A stretch of 64,000 nt of DNA from Candidatus Latescibacterota bacterium (GTDB lineage Bacteria > Latescibacterota > UBA2968 > UBA8231). Under the pieces are notes generated by a model, which did no database searches, was not told where the DNA came from, and was given only the letters and a program-made list of their open reading frames with translations. Location: contig CBDFJF010000002.1 in assembly GCA_965248265.1 (NCBI GenBank), positions 736,001 to 800,000 on the forward strand, written 5' to 3'. Position 1 is the first letter of the stretch. Each line of letters opens with the position of its first letter. A program made the position numbers and the translations under genes. This document shows positions 1-10,097 of the stretch, one piece after another.

Positions 1-170
1 GGATCTCTTTCTTGATTGAGATTCTGGAGAGCTTGAGAGAAAAGGATGGCAAGCTGGCTTTCTGTTGCGTGACGCCGACGATCGCGAAGACATTCCAAAT
101 CATGGGGTTACTGCAGACCGCCACCGTACACGAGTCCGAGCAAGAAGCGCTGCAGGCGGTAAGTGGTTAA
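1..170 (+). CDS. STAS-domain anti-sigma-factor antagonist, 3' part (5' end outside window)
   Basis: My translation of frame 3: ISFLIEILESLREKDGKLAFCCVTPTIAKTFQIMGLLQTATVHESEQEALQAVSG*, typical STAS C-terminal half; TAA at 168-170. Confidence 0.7.
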   Translation, partial: ISFLIEILESLREKDGKLAFCCVTPTIAKTFQIMGLLQTATVHESEQEALQAVSG

Positions 171-184
171 CACCCGAGCTCAAT

Positions 185-571
185 ATGCAATTCTTCAAAG
201 ACCTGTTCGGGGGTAAGAAACGTCAAAGTCCGCGTATCGCCATCGACTGGTGGGTAGACGCCCAGCTGCCAGCCACGGACCGCTTTATCGGTTTTCACGC
301 CAACGACATCAGCTCTTTTGGGCTGCGCCTCTCGGGGGAATCGGACGAGGCGTTCAAGCGTGTCCTGACGGACGAAGGGCGCGCCAGAATGTTGTTGAGA
401 GTGCCCGGTGAGGCCGGGACCCACTCGGTTGAGGCTCAGCTGGTATGGGGACTGGGTGGAAGAGATCGCTTCCAGACCGGGTGGACGTTCGAGGAGATCG
501 AGGACACCGCCACGGCTGCTATCTGCCGCTACATCGACGCTCACCACAGCGACGAGCTGGCCGAGAGATAG
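185..571 (+). CDS. PilZ-domain protein (c-di-GMP binding)
   Basis: RQSPR (RxxxR) and DISSFG (D/NxSxxG) motifs; ATG at 185 preferred because the longer ORF overlaps the STAS gene. Confidence 0.75.
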   Translation: MQFFKDLFGGKKRQSPRIAIDWWVDAQLPATDRFIGFHANDISSFGLRLSGESDEAFKRVLTDEGRARMLLRVPGEAGTHSVEAQLVWGLGGRDRFQTGWTFEEIEDTATAAICRYIDAHHSDELAER

Positions 572-593
572 AGCTCACCGACAGCGGCGATAA

Positions 594-1694
594 TCAAAAC
601 AATTCAGCGGCGCGCAGCGCTTCCACGCCCGATTCGCGATCCTCCAGAGGTAGCCGTACGGGTTGATTGTCGTCCAATTGTGATTGGTAGACGGCCATCA
701 CCAGTTCCAGCGATCGTCTACCGACGACACCATCGCTGCGCAACCCTCCATTCCCTTCCAGCGCGGCCACCAGCTCTTCGAGGGCTACAACATAGGTGGA
801 GACCGGTTGTGGAGAATCGACCTCGCGTTCTTTTAGGGAGTTCCACTGAAAACCGGAATCCGGCTCGTAATCACCGGCTACGGACTCATACAAGCGTAGC
901 TTCTCCCAGGCCATGGAAATGACGCCGCGGCTGCCGCGCAGCTGGAAGTCGGTGTCGGTGTAGTCACTGAGCTCAGCCGAGTGGATCAGACCAGTGGCAC
1001 CGCTCCTGTACTTCATGAAGGCGGCGGCGAAATCCTCGACCGCCCACGGACGCTGACGCTGTTCGGCCATCCCACAAAGCCACTCCACTTCCCCTGCGAA
1101 CGAGTCCATCATGTCGAAATAATGGGTGAAGTCGTGCAGCAAGGGACCTTCGTTGTCGCTGCGCCAGGATGGGTCGGGTTTGCCACCGTCCAAATAGCAC
1201 GTGAGCTGGAACAGGTCACCGATAACGCCTTCGCGGATCAGCTCCTGCGCGTGGCACCACTGCGCGTGCCAGCGCCGGTTGTGGTTTATCTGCAACAGCA
1301 CAGAGCTGCGGTCACAGGCCTCGATCATGCGATCGCAATCGGCCAGTGACAGGGCCATCGGTTTTTCGCAGATGATGGCGCGGGTAGCGGGGGCCGCCGC
1401 GCAATCTTCGACCATCTGCGCGTGCAGTTCGGGGTGGGTGGCGATGATGCACAGATCCGGTTTGACCTGCTCCAGCATCTGGCGATGATCGTGGAACAGG
1501 GACTCCACCCCGAAGCGTGTGCCGAAATCCTCCAGTTTTTTGCGGCCGCGGTTGACGCCGGCCACGAGTTCACAGGATTTCACCGCAACGACGGCCTCGG
1601 CATGATTGTCCGGCAGGTCGCCGAAGCTGAACTGATAACCGACCCGGCCGGTGCCGATCAATGCCACGCGATATGTCGCCAACCGGCTACCCAC
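594..1694 (-). CDS. Gfo/Idh/MocA family oxidoreductase
   Basis: IGTGRVG Rossmann motif, CEKPMA, HDFTHYFD. Confidence 0.9.
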   Translation of the reverse strand: MGSRLATYRVALIGTGRVGYQFSFGDLPDNHAEAVVAVKSCELVAGVNRGRKKLEDFGTRFGVESLFHDHRQMLEQVKPDLCIIATHPELHAQMVEDCAAAPATRAIICEKPMALSLADCDRMIEACDRSSVLLQINHNRRWHAQWCHAQELIREGVIGDLFQLTCYLDGGKPDPSWRSDNEGPLLHDFTHYFDMMDSFAGEVEWLCGMAEQRQRPWAVEDFAAAFMKYRSGATGLIHSAELSDYTDTDFQLRGSRGVISMAWEKLRLYESVAGDYEPDSGFQWNSLKEREVDSPQPVSTYVVALEELVAALEGNGGLRSDGVVGRRSLELVMAVYQSQLDDNQPVRLPLEDRESGVEALRAAELF

Positions 1695-2046
1695 CCGTAC
1701 CGTCGACGACGGTGTGTAAATTGGCTGTCGTGAAGGGCTTTTCGATTACGGCACGTACTCCCGGAAGCCGTTCTTCATCCGGTGTCATACCAGTGACGAC
1801 GACGACGACGTCGGGATCGGTGATCTGCATCGCGGCAAGGATTTCGTAGCCGGACATGTCCGGCATGCCCAGATCCAGCAGGACCAGGTCGATGCTCTCA
1901 GCCCGGGCCTGGAAAAGGTCCAGGGCTTCGGTCCCGTTGGTGGCGCACAGCACTGTGTGCGGGGGCGAGAGCATCCTTTCGAGAAGCTTCAGAATCGACT
2001 CGTCATCATCGACGACGAGGATCGTTTTCGGTTGGTCCGTCATCAC
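1687..2046 (-). CDS. single-domain response regulator (receiver)
   Basis: ILVVDDD, LLDLGMPDMSG, VTG, KPF. Confidence 0.9.
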   Translation of the reverse strand: MMTDQPKTILVVDDDESILKLLERMLSPPHTVLCATNGTEALDLFQARAESIDLVLLDLGMPDMSGYEILAAMQITDPDVVVVVTGMTPDEERLPGVRAVIEKPFTTANLHTVVDGTGG

Positions 2047-2117
2047 TTACCTATCCCGAGTGTGACGCTCCGTCGGCGCTGGCCGGGAAGCACCCATCAG
2101 GTGTGTCTTCGGTGGCG

Positions 2118-3161
2118 CTACCATGGCAGCTTGATTCCGAAGCGATCGGCCGCGACAAGGAGCTTGTTCACGGTTCCCTCCGGAAGTGGTATGCCATCGC
2201 GGGTGCGTCGTTCACACACCGCGTTTTCCCGCTCTCCCGGAACCTGGATTGGATCGCTACCCTCGTGTACCGGAGTCGCATGCATGGTATCGATCAATTC
2301 GTCGATACGTTGGCGGTAGTCGTCCTGGTCGGTGAAGGTGTCTACGTCAATGGCGCACACGAAACTGTTCTGGACCCCCTGGAGGGGTTTCGGCTGCAGC
2401 TCCCGAATCCACGGAACCAGGATCGGATTGCCCACCAGCACGCCGGTGAGGCACTCGAACAACAGCGCCATGCCATACCCCTTATAGCCTCCCGCGGGAC
2501 GCAGAAATTTCGCCTCGAAAGGGTCCGTCGTCTGCTCGCCGCTCTCGTCGAAAGCCCAATCGTCTGGCAACTCCATTCGCTGGTCGCGGGCGTACTCGAG
2601 CTTGCCGCCGGCGACGATGCTGGTCGCCATGTCGAGGCTGATCGGTGGATGGCTCTTGGCCGGGACGGCGATCGACAGCGGGCTGTTGTGGGTCGCTGGC
2701 GATCGAGCTCCCGGTGGGATCATGTTCGGCGGGTTCGTGCACACCGTCATGCCGGCCATCCCCTTTGCCGTGGCCATATGGGTGTAGTAGGCCATGGCTC
2801 CCTGGTGGCCGTGATTGCGCAACGATGCCCAACCGATGCCGACTTCCCGGGCTTTGTCTATCGCTTTTTCCATCGCCATCGTCGTGGCGATGGGGCCGAA
2901 ACACTGGTCGCATTCGATCAACAGCGTCGCTGGTGTCTCCTTGAGGACTCGGATCTCGGGCAGGACTTTATAGGATCCGGTGTCCACCTTGTCCAAATAG
3001 TTATCGACGCGCAGCACGCCATGCGAATCGATGCCGCGCAGGTTCGCCCACACCAGGACCTCAGCCTCCAGCGCGGCATCATCGTCGGGCATGCCGGCGC
3101 GGGCGAATACCGACGACGTGAATTCCTGCAGATCACTCCACTGGACTACTACATCGCTCAC
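2118..3161 (-). CDS. Ldh_2 family (malate/L-sulfolactate/ureidoglycolate dehydrogenase-like) oxidoreductase
   Basis: RGIDSHG, LDMATS, GGYKGYG, VPGERE motifs. Confidence 0.9.
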   Translation of the reverse strand: MSDVVVQWSDLQEFTSSVFARAGMPDDDAALEAEVLVWANLRGIDSHGVLRVDNYLDKVDTGSYKVLPEIRVLKETPATLLIECDQCFGPIATTMAMEKAIDKAREVGIGWASLRNHGHQGAMAYYTHMATAKGMAGMTVCTNPPNMIPPGARSPATHNSPLSIAVPAKSHPPISLDMATSIVAGGKLEYARDQRMELPDDWAFDESGEQTTDPFEAKFLRPAGGYKGYGMALLFECLTGVLVGNPILVPWIRELQPKPLQGVQNSFVCAIDVDTFTDQDDYRQRIDELIDTMHATPVHEGSDPIQVPGERENAVCERRTRDGIPLPEGTVNKLLVAADRFGIKLPW

Positions 3162-3273
3162 TATTCTGCTCCCGACTGGGAAATGAAATATGGATTGGTT
3201 CGTGATTGGACAGGGTCGGACAGTACTACATGAGCTCGTTCAACTCAAACCGAGAGGGACGCGCGTGCGCGGC

Positions 3274-4521
3274 TCACTCGTAACGCAGGGCGTCGATGGG
3301 GTTGAGCAGGGCCGCCTTGCGTGCCGGGTAGAAGCCGAAGCCCACGCCGACAGCGGCGGCGACACCGAACGACAGGATGATGGTCCAGGGTTGGACGATC
3401 GTCTTCCAGTGCGCGTAGAGCGTGATGACCTTGGTCATCGAGAAGCCCAGCATGATTCCGATCACGCCACCAATCAGGCTGACCATGACGGCCTCGGTCA
3501 GGAACTGGGCGAGCACGTCAGCGCGTCGCGCCCCGAGAGCTCGGCGAATGCCGATTTCTCTGGTACGCTCGAGGACGGAGGCCAGCATGATATTCATGAT
3601 GCCGATGCCGCCGACGACGAGAGAGATGCCGGCGATGCATCCCATGACGATGTTGAAGATCCGTTGGGTGCGCTGGCTCTGACGCAGGAGCTCCTCGGGA
3701 ATGGCGATCTTGAAGTCCTCGACGCCGCGGTGACGCCGCTTGACCATGGCCCGCAGGATGTTGGCGGCCTCCTGCAGGCGGCCGGCATCCGAGACCTTGA
3801 CCGTAATCTGAGTAAGTTCGGCGTCGCCGACCTCCCACTTGAAACGCTTCAGCAGTGTCGTCAACGGCACGTAGATGTCCTCGTCTGTATTGCGGACCTC
3901 GAGGACTCCACCAATCTTGCCCCCGGCGGCACCCTTGTCTTCGAGGATGCCGACGACGGTGAACCACTGGCTCTGCAGCTTGATCTGCTCACCCAGAGCA
4001 TTCTCGACATAGAACAACTTCCTTTTGGCATCGCTGCCTAGGACGCAGACTCGTCTGGCGTTGATGATGTCATCATCCGTGATGAATACCCCCTCGCCGA
4101 GTTCGGCGTTGAGGACGTCGAGGTAATTGGGGCTGGTGCCGACGAGCATCGTCTGAAGACGGGTGCTGCCGAAACGGGCCTTGGTCTTGAGTTCCCGCTG
4201 CGGTGACACGATCTCAGCCAGCGGGCAGATTTCGGCGATGGCATCGGCGTCTGATTGCGTCAGGCCCTCGGACCGGTTCTCGTCCTCACTGTCTTCGTCG
4301 CCGGCGTCGTCCTCATTGGGATTCCAGTGTTGGACGATGATGTTGTGGATGCCCATCTGGCGAATCTGCTCGAGTGCTTCCTGCTTGGCACCCTCGCCGA
4401 TGGAGAGCATGGCTATGACGGCAGCAACACCAAAGATGATGCCGAGCATGGTCAGGCAGGTGCGCAGCTTGTGTGACGTGAGGCCGGTAATGCTGAGGTC
4501 GAGTGTTTCGCGAAGATGCAC
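3274..4521 (-). CDS. MacB/FtsX-like ABC transporter permease
   Basis: LTMLGIIFGVAAVIAM, GGIGIMNIML, ERTREIGIRRALGA, PIDALRYE. Confidence 0.92.
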   Translation of the reverse strand: MHLRETLDLSITGLTSHKLRTCLTMLGIIFGVAAVIAMLSIGEGAKQEALEQIRQMGIHNIIVQHWNPNEDDAGDEDSEDENRSEGLTQSDADAIAEICPLAEIVSPQRELKTKARFGSTRLQTMLVGTSPNYLDVLNAELGEGVFITDDDIINARRVCVLGSDAKRKLFYVENALGEQIKLQSQWFTVVGILEDKGAAGGKIGGVLEVRNTDEDIYVPLTTLLKRFKWEVGDAELTQITVKVSDAGRLQEAANILRAMVKRRHRGVEDFKIAIPEELLRQSQRTQRIFNIVMGCIAGISLVVGGIGIMNIMLASVLERTREIGIRRALGARRADVLAQFLTEAVMVSLIGGVIGIMLGFSMTKVITLYAHWKTIVQPWTIILSFGVAAAVGVGFGFYPARKAALLNPIDALRYE

Positions 4522-4557
4522 GAGGAAAGTATTAGCCGGTATGTGTCAGAGCGCTGA

Positions 4558-5931
4558 TCACTCGATACCAGGGGAGGAAGGCTCGGCGTCTTCCGTCGGC
4601 ATGCCACCCAGATCTTCGAGGACGAGGGTCGGGTCTCGCAGGGCGACGCGATCGTCGGGCCCCAGACCCTCCTCGACGATGACGAAGTTGTCGTTGCGTG
4701 CCCCCAGAACGATCTCGCGCTCTTCGTTCGCACCCCCGCCCACCACGTAGACGAGGGTCTTGCCGTCCTTGTCGAAGACGGCGTCCAGCGGTATGTAGAG
4801 GGGATAGCCAACGAACTCTTTCTCCGTCAGCGGTGGTTGCACGGAGTCGGACTCCGTGGCTTCGGGCAGCTCGGGTACCGTCTCGATGATGATCTGTGAT
4901 ACGGCAGACATTCCCGGTTTGAGTCGCTTGTCCTCCTTGTCGAGTCCGATGGACACGTCGAAGATCTTGACGTTGCGGTCTCCCTCTCTTTCGTGCCCTA
5001 GCGTGGCGATGTGGGTGATTTCGCCCCCAAAAACAGGACCGGGCAAGGCGTCTAGTTGCACCAGTGCCTGCTGTCCCTCCTCGAGTTTGTCGACGTCGAC
5101 TTCGTTGACGTAGGTCTTTACCCGCATCTGACTCAGATCCGGCAGTGACATTAGTGTGGCGCCACCCCAGGGCTCGTCACCGACGCGAATCTTCTCGATG
5201 CGGCCGCCCTTCCAGATCTTGTCGTAGACGACGATGCCGGGGTGCTCGGCGTGGACTGACAGGCTCTCGAAATCCTCCGAGGCTTTGTCCAGATTGCGCT
5301 GGCGCGCATCCACCAGGATATCCTGCTTTTTGCGCTCCGCTTCATCGATAATCCTCTGGGCCTCGAGCTTGTCGATGGCCTGCTGCAGGCTCAATGAGGC
5401 CTGCTTGGCCTTCAATTTCACTTCCTCCTTCTCGACGAACGACTCGAACTCCATTTTCTCCACCTGGAGCTCGGCCAGTCGCAGTTCGGCTTCCCGGTTC
5501 TCGATATCCGCCTCTTGCCGTCCGATCTCGACACGCTGCGTGGCCAGTTTCTGCACGCGCTCGGCTTCGGTTGCCGCGAGCTCTTGCTGGGCTTCTGTGA
5601 CGCGTTTTTCGAACTCGGATTTTTCGAACTCGATAAGCAGGTCGCCTACTTCGACCCGGTCGCCCTCCGGGAAGAGCTCGGTGATTTTCAGCTGCCCATG
5701 GACCCTCGGTGCGTGGATTTCCACCGCCTCAACGGCTTCGAGCTCACCGCTCTTCAACTTCAGCGAGATCACAAACTCACCCTGACGCACGGGAAACGAA
5801 GCGACGGCCGCACTCTCGGGTGGTGCGAGCAGTTGCAGAATCCCCGCTATCGCGAATACGAGAAGGAAGATGGAACCTACGATGACCCATACCCGCTTGG
5901 GCGATCGTTGCGCTATCGGCGACTGAGCCAT
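4558..5931 (-). CDS. periplasmic adaptor (MacA/HlyD-like membrane fusion protein) 2
   Basis: N-terminal TM, lipoyl half-motif EGDRVEVGDLL, long coiled coil, LKPGMS. Confidence 0.85.
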   Translation of the reverse strand: MAQSPIAQRSPKRVWVIVGSIFLLVFAIAGILQLLAPPESAAVASFPVRQGEFVISLKLKSGELEAVEAVEIHAPRVHGQLKITELFPEGDRVEVGDLLIEFEKSEFEKRVTEAQQELAATEAERVQKLATQRVEIGRQEADIENREAELRLAELQVEKMEFESFVEKEEVKLKAKQASLSLQQAIDKLEAQRIIDEAERKKQDILVDARQRNLDKASEDFESLSVHAEHPGIVVYDKIWKGGRIEKIRVGDEPWGGATLMSLPDLSQMRVKTYVNEVDVDKLEEGQQALVQLDALPGPVFGGEITHIATLGHEREGDRNVKIFDVSIGLDKEDKRLKPGMSAVSQIIIETVPELPEATESDSVQPPLTEKEFVGYPLYIPLDAVFDKDGKTLVYVVGGGANEEREIVLGARNDNFVIVEEGLGPDDRVALRDPTLVLEDLGGMPTEDAEPSSPGIE

Positions 5932-5940
5932 CTACAGTCC

Positions 5941-7176
5941 TCAGTTGAGTGTGGGATCGCCCAGGGCGATGACGTCGCCCATCTGCAGGCCCTGCTCCAC
6001 GACAACCGCGGTGGCGTTGCGTTTTCCCAACACGACCGCCCGGGGTTCGAATGAGCTTCCCTGCAAATGGTAGACGAACGGTTTCCCCTCAGCATCCCAG
6101 TGCAGGGATGGCAGCGGCGCGGAGACGACGTCCTCGAGTGTCTGGACCAGGATCTCGACCGAGGCCGACATGCCCGGGTACAACCTGGGGTCTTGCTCTT
6201 TGATGTCCACGACCATCACGAAGACCTGCACATTTTCTGCGCCGCGGTCCTTGATCGCCATCGGCGCCACGTTGGAGACGACACCGTGAAAAACCGGACC
6301 CGGGAAGGCCTCCAACTCGATCAGGGCATCCATGCCGACGTCGACCATGTGCACATCCATCTCGCCCACCTGTGAGATCACGTGCATGACGGTGAGGTCC
6401 GGAAAGGTCATGACGGCGACTCCGCCCCACACCGTGTCCCCCTCCTTGATCTTCTCCAGGCGGTTCTCAGCACCCTTCTCCATCTTCTCGTGCACCAGGA
6501 TGCCGGGCCTGTCGGCGTACACCGTCAGGCGGGCGTAGTCCTTCTTCGCTTTGTCGTAGTGTTTCTGAGCCTGCCCTATACGGAGTAGCAGGTTCGCCAT
6601 CTGCGCTTCGTTTATCAGGTAACGGGCTTGCAGTGACTCCCGCGACTCCTTGACGCTGCGTTCGGCCTGCTTCAACCGGATCAGCCGTGTCTCCTTTTCG
6701 ATCGGCGAGGCGTATGCCGCTTTGCGCACGCTGATTCTGGACAGTTCGAGGGCTGCCGAGCGCTGCTCAATCTGCATCTCGAGCTCCGACACCTTCTGGC
6801 GCTGGTCGGCCCGGGCGCTCGCGAGATCGACCGTCGTCTGCTGCAGTCGCTCCTCACGTTCCTTGAGCCGATTCTCAAAGTCGCCGCGGTCGTATTGCAG
6901 GATGAGGTCTCCAACCTCGACGCGCTCGCCCTCCGGCCACATGTGGACGATCGTCAAGCGTCCGCCTACCCGCGGCGAAGTGATGCGTTCGTTCCTGGTT
7001 GCCCAGACCTCACCTGACTCAAAGTGCGAGACGCGGAATTCACCGCGGGAAACGGTGTGAGTCGAGATGGCCTCGTCGGTCGTTCCCCCGCATGTCAGCG
7101 TGCCCGCCAGCAGGGCCACCAGTATCAGTGCGGCCAGCCCGGCCACGATCCGTCCGCTTGATGGCACCGGGCCCAT
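5941..7176 (-). CDS. periplasmic adaptor (MacA/HlyD-like membrane fusion protein) 1
   Basis: EGERVEVGDL, coiled coil, LYPGMSA; paralogue of the neighbouring gene. Confidence 0.85.
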   Translation of the reverse strand: MGPVPSSGRIVAGLAALILVALLAGTLTCGGTTDEAISTHTVSRGEFRVSHFESGEVWATRNERITSPRVGGRLTIVHMWPEGERVEVGDLILQYDRGDFENRLKEREERLQQTTVDLASARADQRQKVSELEMQIEQRSAALELSRISVRKAAYASPIEKETRLIRLKQAERSVKESRESLQARYLINEAQMANLLLRIGQAQKHYDKAKKDYARLTVYADRPGILVHEKMEKGAENRLEKIKEGDTVWGGVAVMTFPDLTVMHVISQVGEMDVHMVDVGMDALIELEAFPGPVFHGVVSNVAPMAIKDRGAENVQVFVMVVDIKEQDPRLYPGMSASVEILVQTLEDVVSAPLPSLHWDAEGKPFVYHLQGSSFEPRAVVLGKRNATAVVVEQGLQMGDVIALGDPTLN

Positions 7177-7181
7177 CTCCG

Positions 7182-7880
7182 TCAGCTGGCCGATGGTTGA
7201 CGGGGAAGATCGCTCTCCACCAGACCGTCACGCAGGCGTACGACACGGTGGGCGTGCGCGGCGACGTGCTCTTCGTGGGTGACGACGAGGACCGTGTTAC
7301 CATCCGCGTGCAGCTGATCGAACAATTCCATGATTTCCTGCCCCGTTTTTGTGTCGAGGGCGCCGGTGGGTTCGTCGGCGAGGATCAACGCCGGTCCGTT
7401 CGACAGCGCTCGGGCTACGGCCACGCGCTGTTTCTGGCCACCTGAAAGCTCATTGGGGCGGTGGTGCATACGGTCGGCCAGGCCGACGGCAGCGAGTACT
7501 TCCTCGGCCCGGGCGCGGCGATCCTGAGCACTCATACCGGCATACACCAGGGGCAACTCAACGTTGCGCAGCGCGTCGGACCGCGGCAACAGGTGAAAGG
7601 TCTGAAAAACGAAGCCGATTTCCTGATTGCGCACGTCAGCGAGCTCGTCATCGGCCATGTCGTCGACGCGTCTTCCATTGAGTCTGTAGGTTCCGCTCGT
7701 CGACACGTCGAGGCAGCCGATGATGTTCATGAGCGTCGATTTTCCGGAGCCTGAGGGTCCCATGATGGCGACATACTCGTTGCGCTCTATGCCCAGCGAA
7801 ACACCCTGCAGGGCGCGCACTTCGGTGGCGCCCATGTCGTAGTGTTTCTTGAGGTCTTCAATCTCGATGACGGCTTGCAT
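7182..7880 (-). CDS. ABC transporter ATP-binding protein (MacB/LolD type)
   Basis: [28 protein letters not shown]. Confidence 0.95.
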   Translation of the reverse strand: MQAVIEIEDLKKHYDMGATEVRALQGVSLGIERNEYVAIMGPSGSGKSTLMNIIGCLDVSTSGTYRLNGRRVDDMADDELADVRNQEIGFVFQTFHLLPRSDALRNVELPLVYAGMSAQDRRARAEEVLAAVGLADRMHHRPNELSGGQKQRVAVARALSNGPALILADEPTGALDTKTGQEIMELFDQLHADGNTVLVVTHEEHVAAHAHRVVRLRDGLVESDLPRQPSAS

Positions 7881-7888
7881 CTACGGCC

Positions 7889-8539
7889 TCACGGAATGGT
7901 CAGAAGCTCGGTTTCGAGCCAACCCGCCAGCGTGTCACCGTGCACTTCGACGGACGACCATCCGTCCGCCTGCTCTCCCTGCAGCACGATGGTGCCCACT
8001 TCGAGCGATGCCACCCTCCTATGGCTGTACCCCGGGCCGCCGTACAATGTGGTGGTGTCTCCGACTACGGCGATTCGGTCGTGCAGCTCGTCGACGGTAC
8101 GCGTGAACGTGTAGAGGGCGTCGCGGGCGTAATCGTTGTGCTCGGAAATACGGATCCGGTACAGCGTGTTCAGACGCCAGGTGATACCAAGGTTGCGGCC
8201 TGTAGCGCGCCGCAGTTCCAGTGTGGAATCAGCGAACGCCGAATCAACCACGACACCCTGAACCTGAAAACGGCAGGTTACCAGGGCCTCGGTGTCCGGG
8301 TTGCGGGGACTGGGTCGGGCCTCCCAACCGATGAATTCGGCATTCTTATAGGCTTTGAGCGCGTAGGCCCGCGAGAGGATCTCGAAATTGGCCGTTATGC
8401 CACGGTACTCGCACTCTGCCCAGCGAACACGGTCGATGTCCAATCCGGGGATTCTCTGGTCGTGGGGAGCCGGGTCCGGCAGAAGGATGGAGGCGGTGAC
8501 GGCGAGGGCCGCCATCCGTGCGGTGACCAGGGACACCAT
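7889..8539 (-). CDS. exported protein with C-terminal bacterial SH3 domain
   Basis: Signal-like N-terminus; LYGGPGYSHRRVASL...GWSSV...GWL matches SH3b pattern. Confidence 0.6.
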   Translation of the reverse strand: MVSLVTARMAALAVTASILLPDPAPHDQRIPGLDIDRVRWAECEYRGITANFEILSRAYALKAYKNAEFIGWEARPSPRNPDTEALVTCRFQVQGVVVDSAFADSTLELRRATGRNLGITWRLNTLYRIRISEHNDYARDALYTFTRTVDELHDRIAVVGDTTTLYGGPGYSHRRVASLEVGTIVLQGEQADGWSSVEVHGDTLAGWLETELLTIP

Positions 8540-8732
8540 GGCATCTCAGTTCAGGTAGGTTGATGCTTACCCCCTTGGATAACCCTATAACGAACTCTGT
8601 AGGTTTAACAATGTCAACTATTTAGTAGTGCATTACCCCTCTGGCCTCGGCCGTCAAGGACCGGGCATAGGTGGACCCGGCGTGCGAGGGCCGGCCAGGA
8701 TATGGATATTTCAAGCAGCGTGCGATTTCGTG

Positions 8733-8759
8733 GTGACACTCTGAGGCCCTTGACGTGTT
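8733..8759 (+). promoter_or_regulatory. putative ECF-type promoter for a leaderless ECF sigma transcript
   Basis: GTGACAC (8733-8739) and CGTGTT (8754-8759), 7 nt before the ATG at 8767, no Shine-Dalgarno; inference only. Confidence 0.3.
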
Positions 8760-8766
8760 AAAGTAA

Positions 8767-9261
8767 ATGAGCGCCAGGACAGACATCGATATCGAAGAGC
8801 TTTACCAGAGGTATGGACCGATGGTCCTGCGGCGATGCAGGCAGCTGCTGGGGGATGAGGATGAGGCCCTCGATGCGATGCAGGACGTGTTCGTGCAGAT
8901 GCTGACCCACAAGGACCGCATGAAGGTCGAGTACCCGTCGAGCCTTCTCTACCGGATTGCGACCAACCTGAGCCTCAATAAGATTCGCTCCCGGAAACGC
9001 CGGCCGGATACTCCTGGCGAAGAGTTTTTACAACAGGTCGCTGACCTGGATGAGTTAGAGCCGAAGCTGGAAGCACGGTCCGTACTGGCGGCACTCTTTG
9101 GCCGCCATCCGGAATCGACCAGAACCATAGCCGTCCTTCACTACCGTGATGGCATGACGCTGGAGGAAGTCGCCAACGAGGTTGGGATGTCCGTATCAGG
9201 AGTTCGCAAGCGTTTGCGCAATCTGCGCGGCAGTTTGAAAGAAGTCTTAGAGGACACATGA
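8767..9261 (+). CDS. ECF sigma-70 factor
   Basis: Region 2 DAMQDVF...LYRIATN; region 4 HTH MTLEEVANEVGMSVSGVRKRL; 164 aa. Confidence 0.93.
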   Translation: MSARTDIDIEELYQRYGPMVLRRCRQLLGDEDEALDAMQDVFVQMLTHKDRMKVEYPSSLLYRIATNLSLNKIRSRKRRPDTPGEEFLQQVADLDELEPKLEARSVLAALFGRHPESTRTIAVLHYRDGMTLEEVANEVGMSVSGVRKRLRNLRGSLKEVLEDT

Positions 9262-10097
9262 CGACGGAAAATCAACATCCGAACGTGCCAGACTGGAAGC
9301 TCGAGCGCTTCCTGCTCGGAGAGCTGCCCGCGGATGAGATGGATCGCATCCGCGACCGGGTCGATGGGGATCCGACGCTGGAGCGCCAACTTCAGAGCCT
9401 GCGTGCCGACGATGATGAGGTGCGCGAGCGCTATCCCGCCGCCTGGATGGCGCGTCAGATCGAGCGTCGGGCAACCCAATCGACCGTGCAGGAAGTCCGG
9501 ATGCCGTCCTCCTCGTCCGTCCAGTGGTCGCGGTTGTGGCCGGTACCTGCCGCCGTCGGCTTGGCCGCCATGCTGGCTTTCGTCGACATCGGAGATGACA
9601 CCCGTGATGGTGATGGTGTCGGGCAAGATCCGATACCGGGAATTCGCCTCAAAGGGAGCGGTCCCCGACTCAGCCTTCACCGCAAGATCGACAACGGCAG
9701 TGAGCAGCTGCATGACGGAGGTATAGGTCGAAGCGGCGACCTGATACAGGTTCGCTACCACGCTGCCGGTCGTTCGTATGGCGCTATTCTGTCCGTCGAC
9801 GGCAACGGTGCGGTGACACTGCACCATCCCTCTGTGGGCGATCAGGCACAACTGCTGCAGACGGCCGGGCTGGTGTCGCTGGCGTTTTCCATAGAACTGG
9901 ATGATGCCCCGCATTGGGAGCGGTTCTACTTCGTCACTTCCCACACCGAGTTTGAGTTGGCCGCGCTACTCGATGCCGCCGCCGCCGCCGGGTTGGCGCG
10001 CCGCGATTCGCTCGAGCTCGACAACGACGCGCTGGAGCAGTTCATCATGACATTGAACAAGGAGCCGCTGCAACAAGCCGCAGGAGGTGGGTCATGA
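9258..10097 (+). CDS. putative membrane anti-sigma factor with periplasmic DUF4384-like domain (ActD-like locus)
   Basis: ATGA-coupled to sigma; anti-sigma-like N-terminus (LERFLLGEL), one TM, GDLIQVRY...ILSVDGNGAVTLHHP, IELDDAP..ERF. Confidence 0.75.
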   Translation: MTTENQHPNVPDWKLERFLLGELPADEMDRIRDRVDGDPTLERQLQSLRADDDEVRERYPAAWMARQIERRATQSTVQEVRMPSSSSVQWSRLWPVPAAVGLAAMLAFVDIGDDTRDGDGVGQDPIPGIRLKGSGPRLSLHRKIDNGSEQLHDGGIGRSGDLIQVRYHAAGRSYGAILSVDGNGAVTLHHPSVGDQAQLLQTAGLVSLAFSIELDDAPHWERFYFVTSHTEFELAALLDAAAAAGLARRDSLELDNDALEQFIMTLNKEPLQQAAGGGS

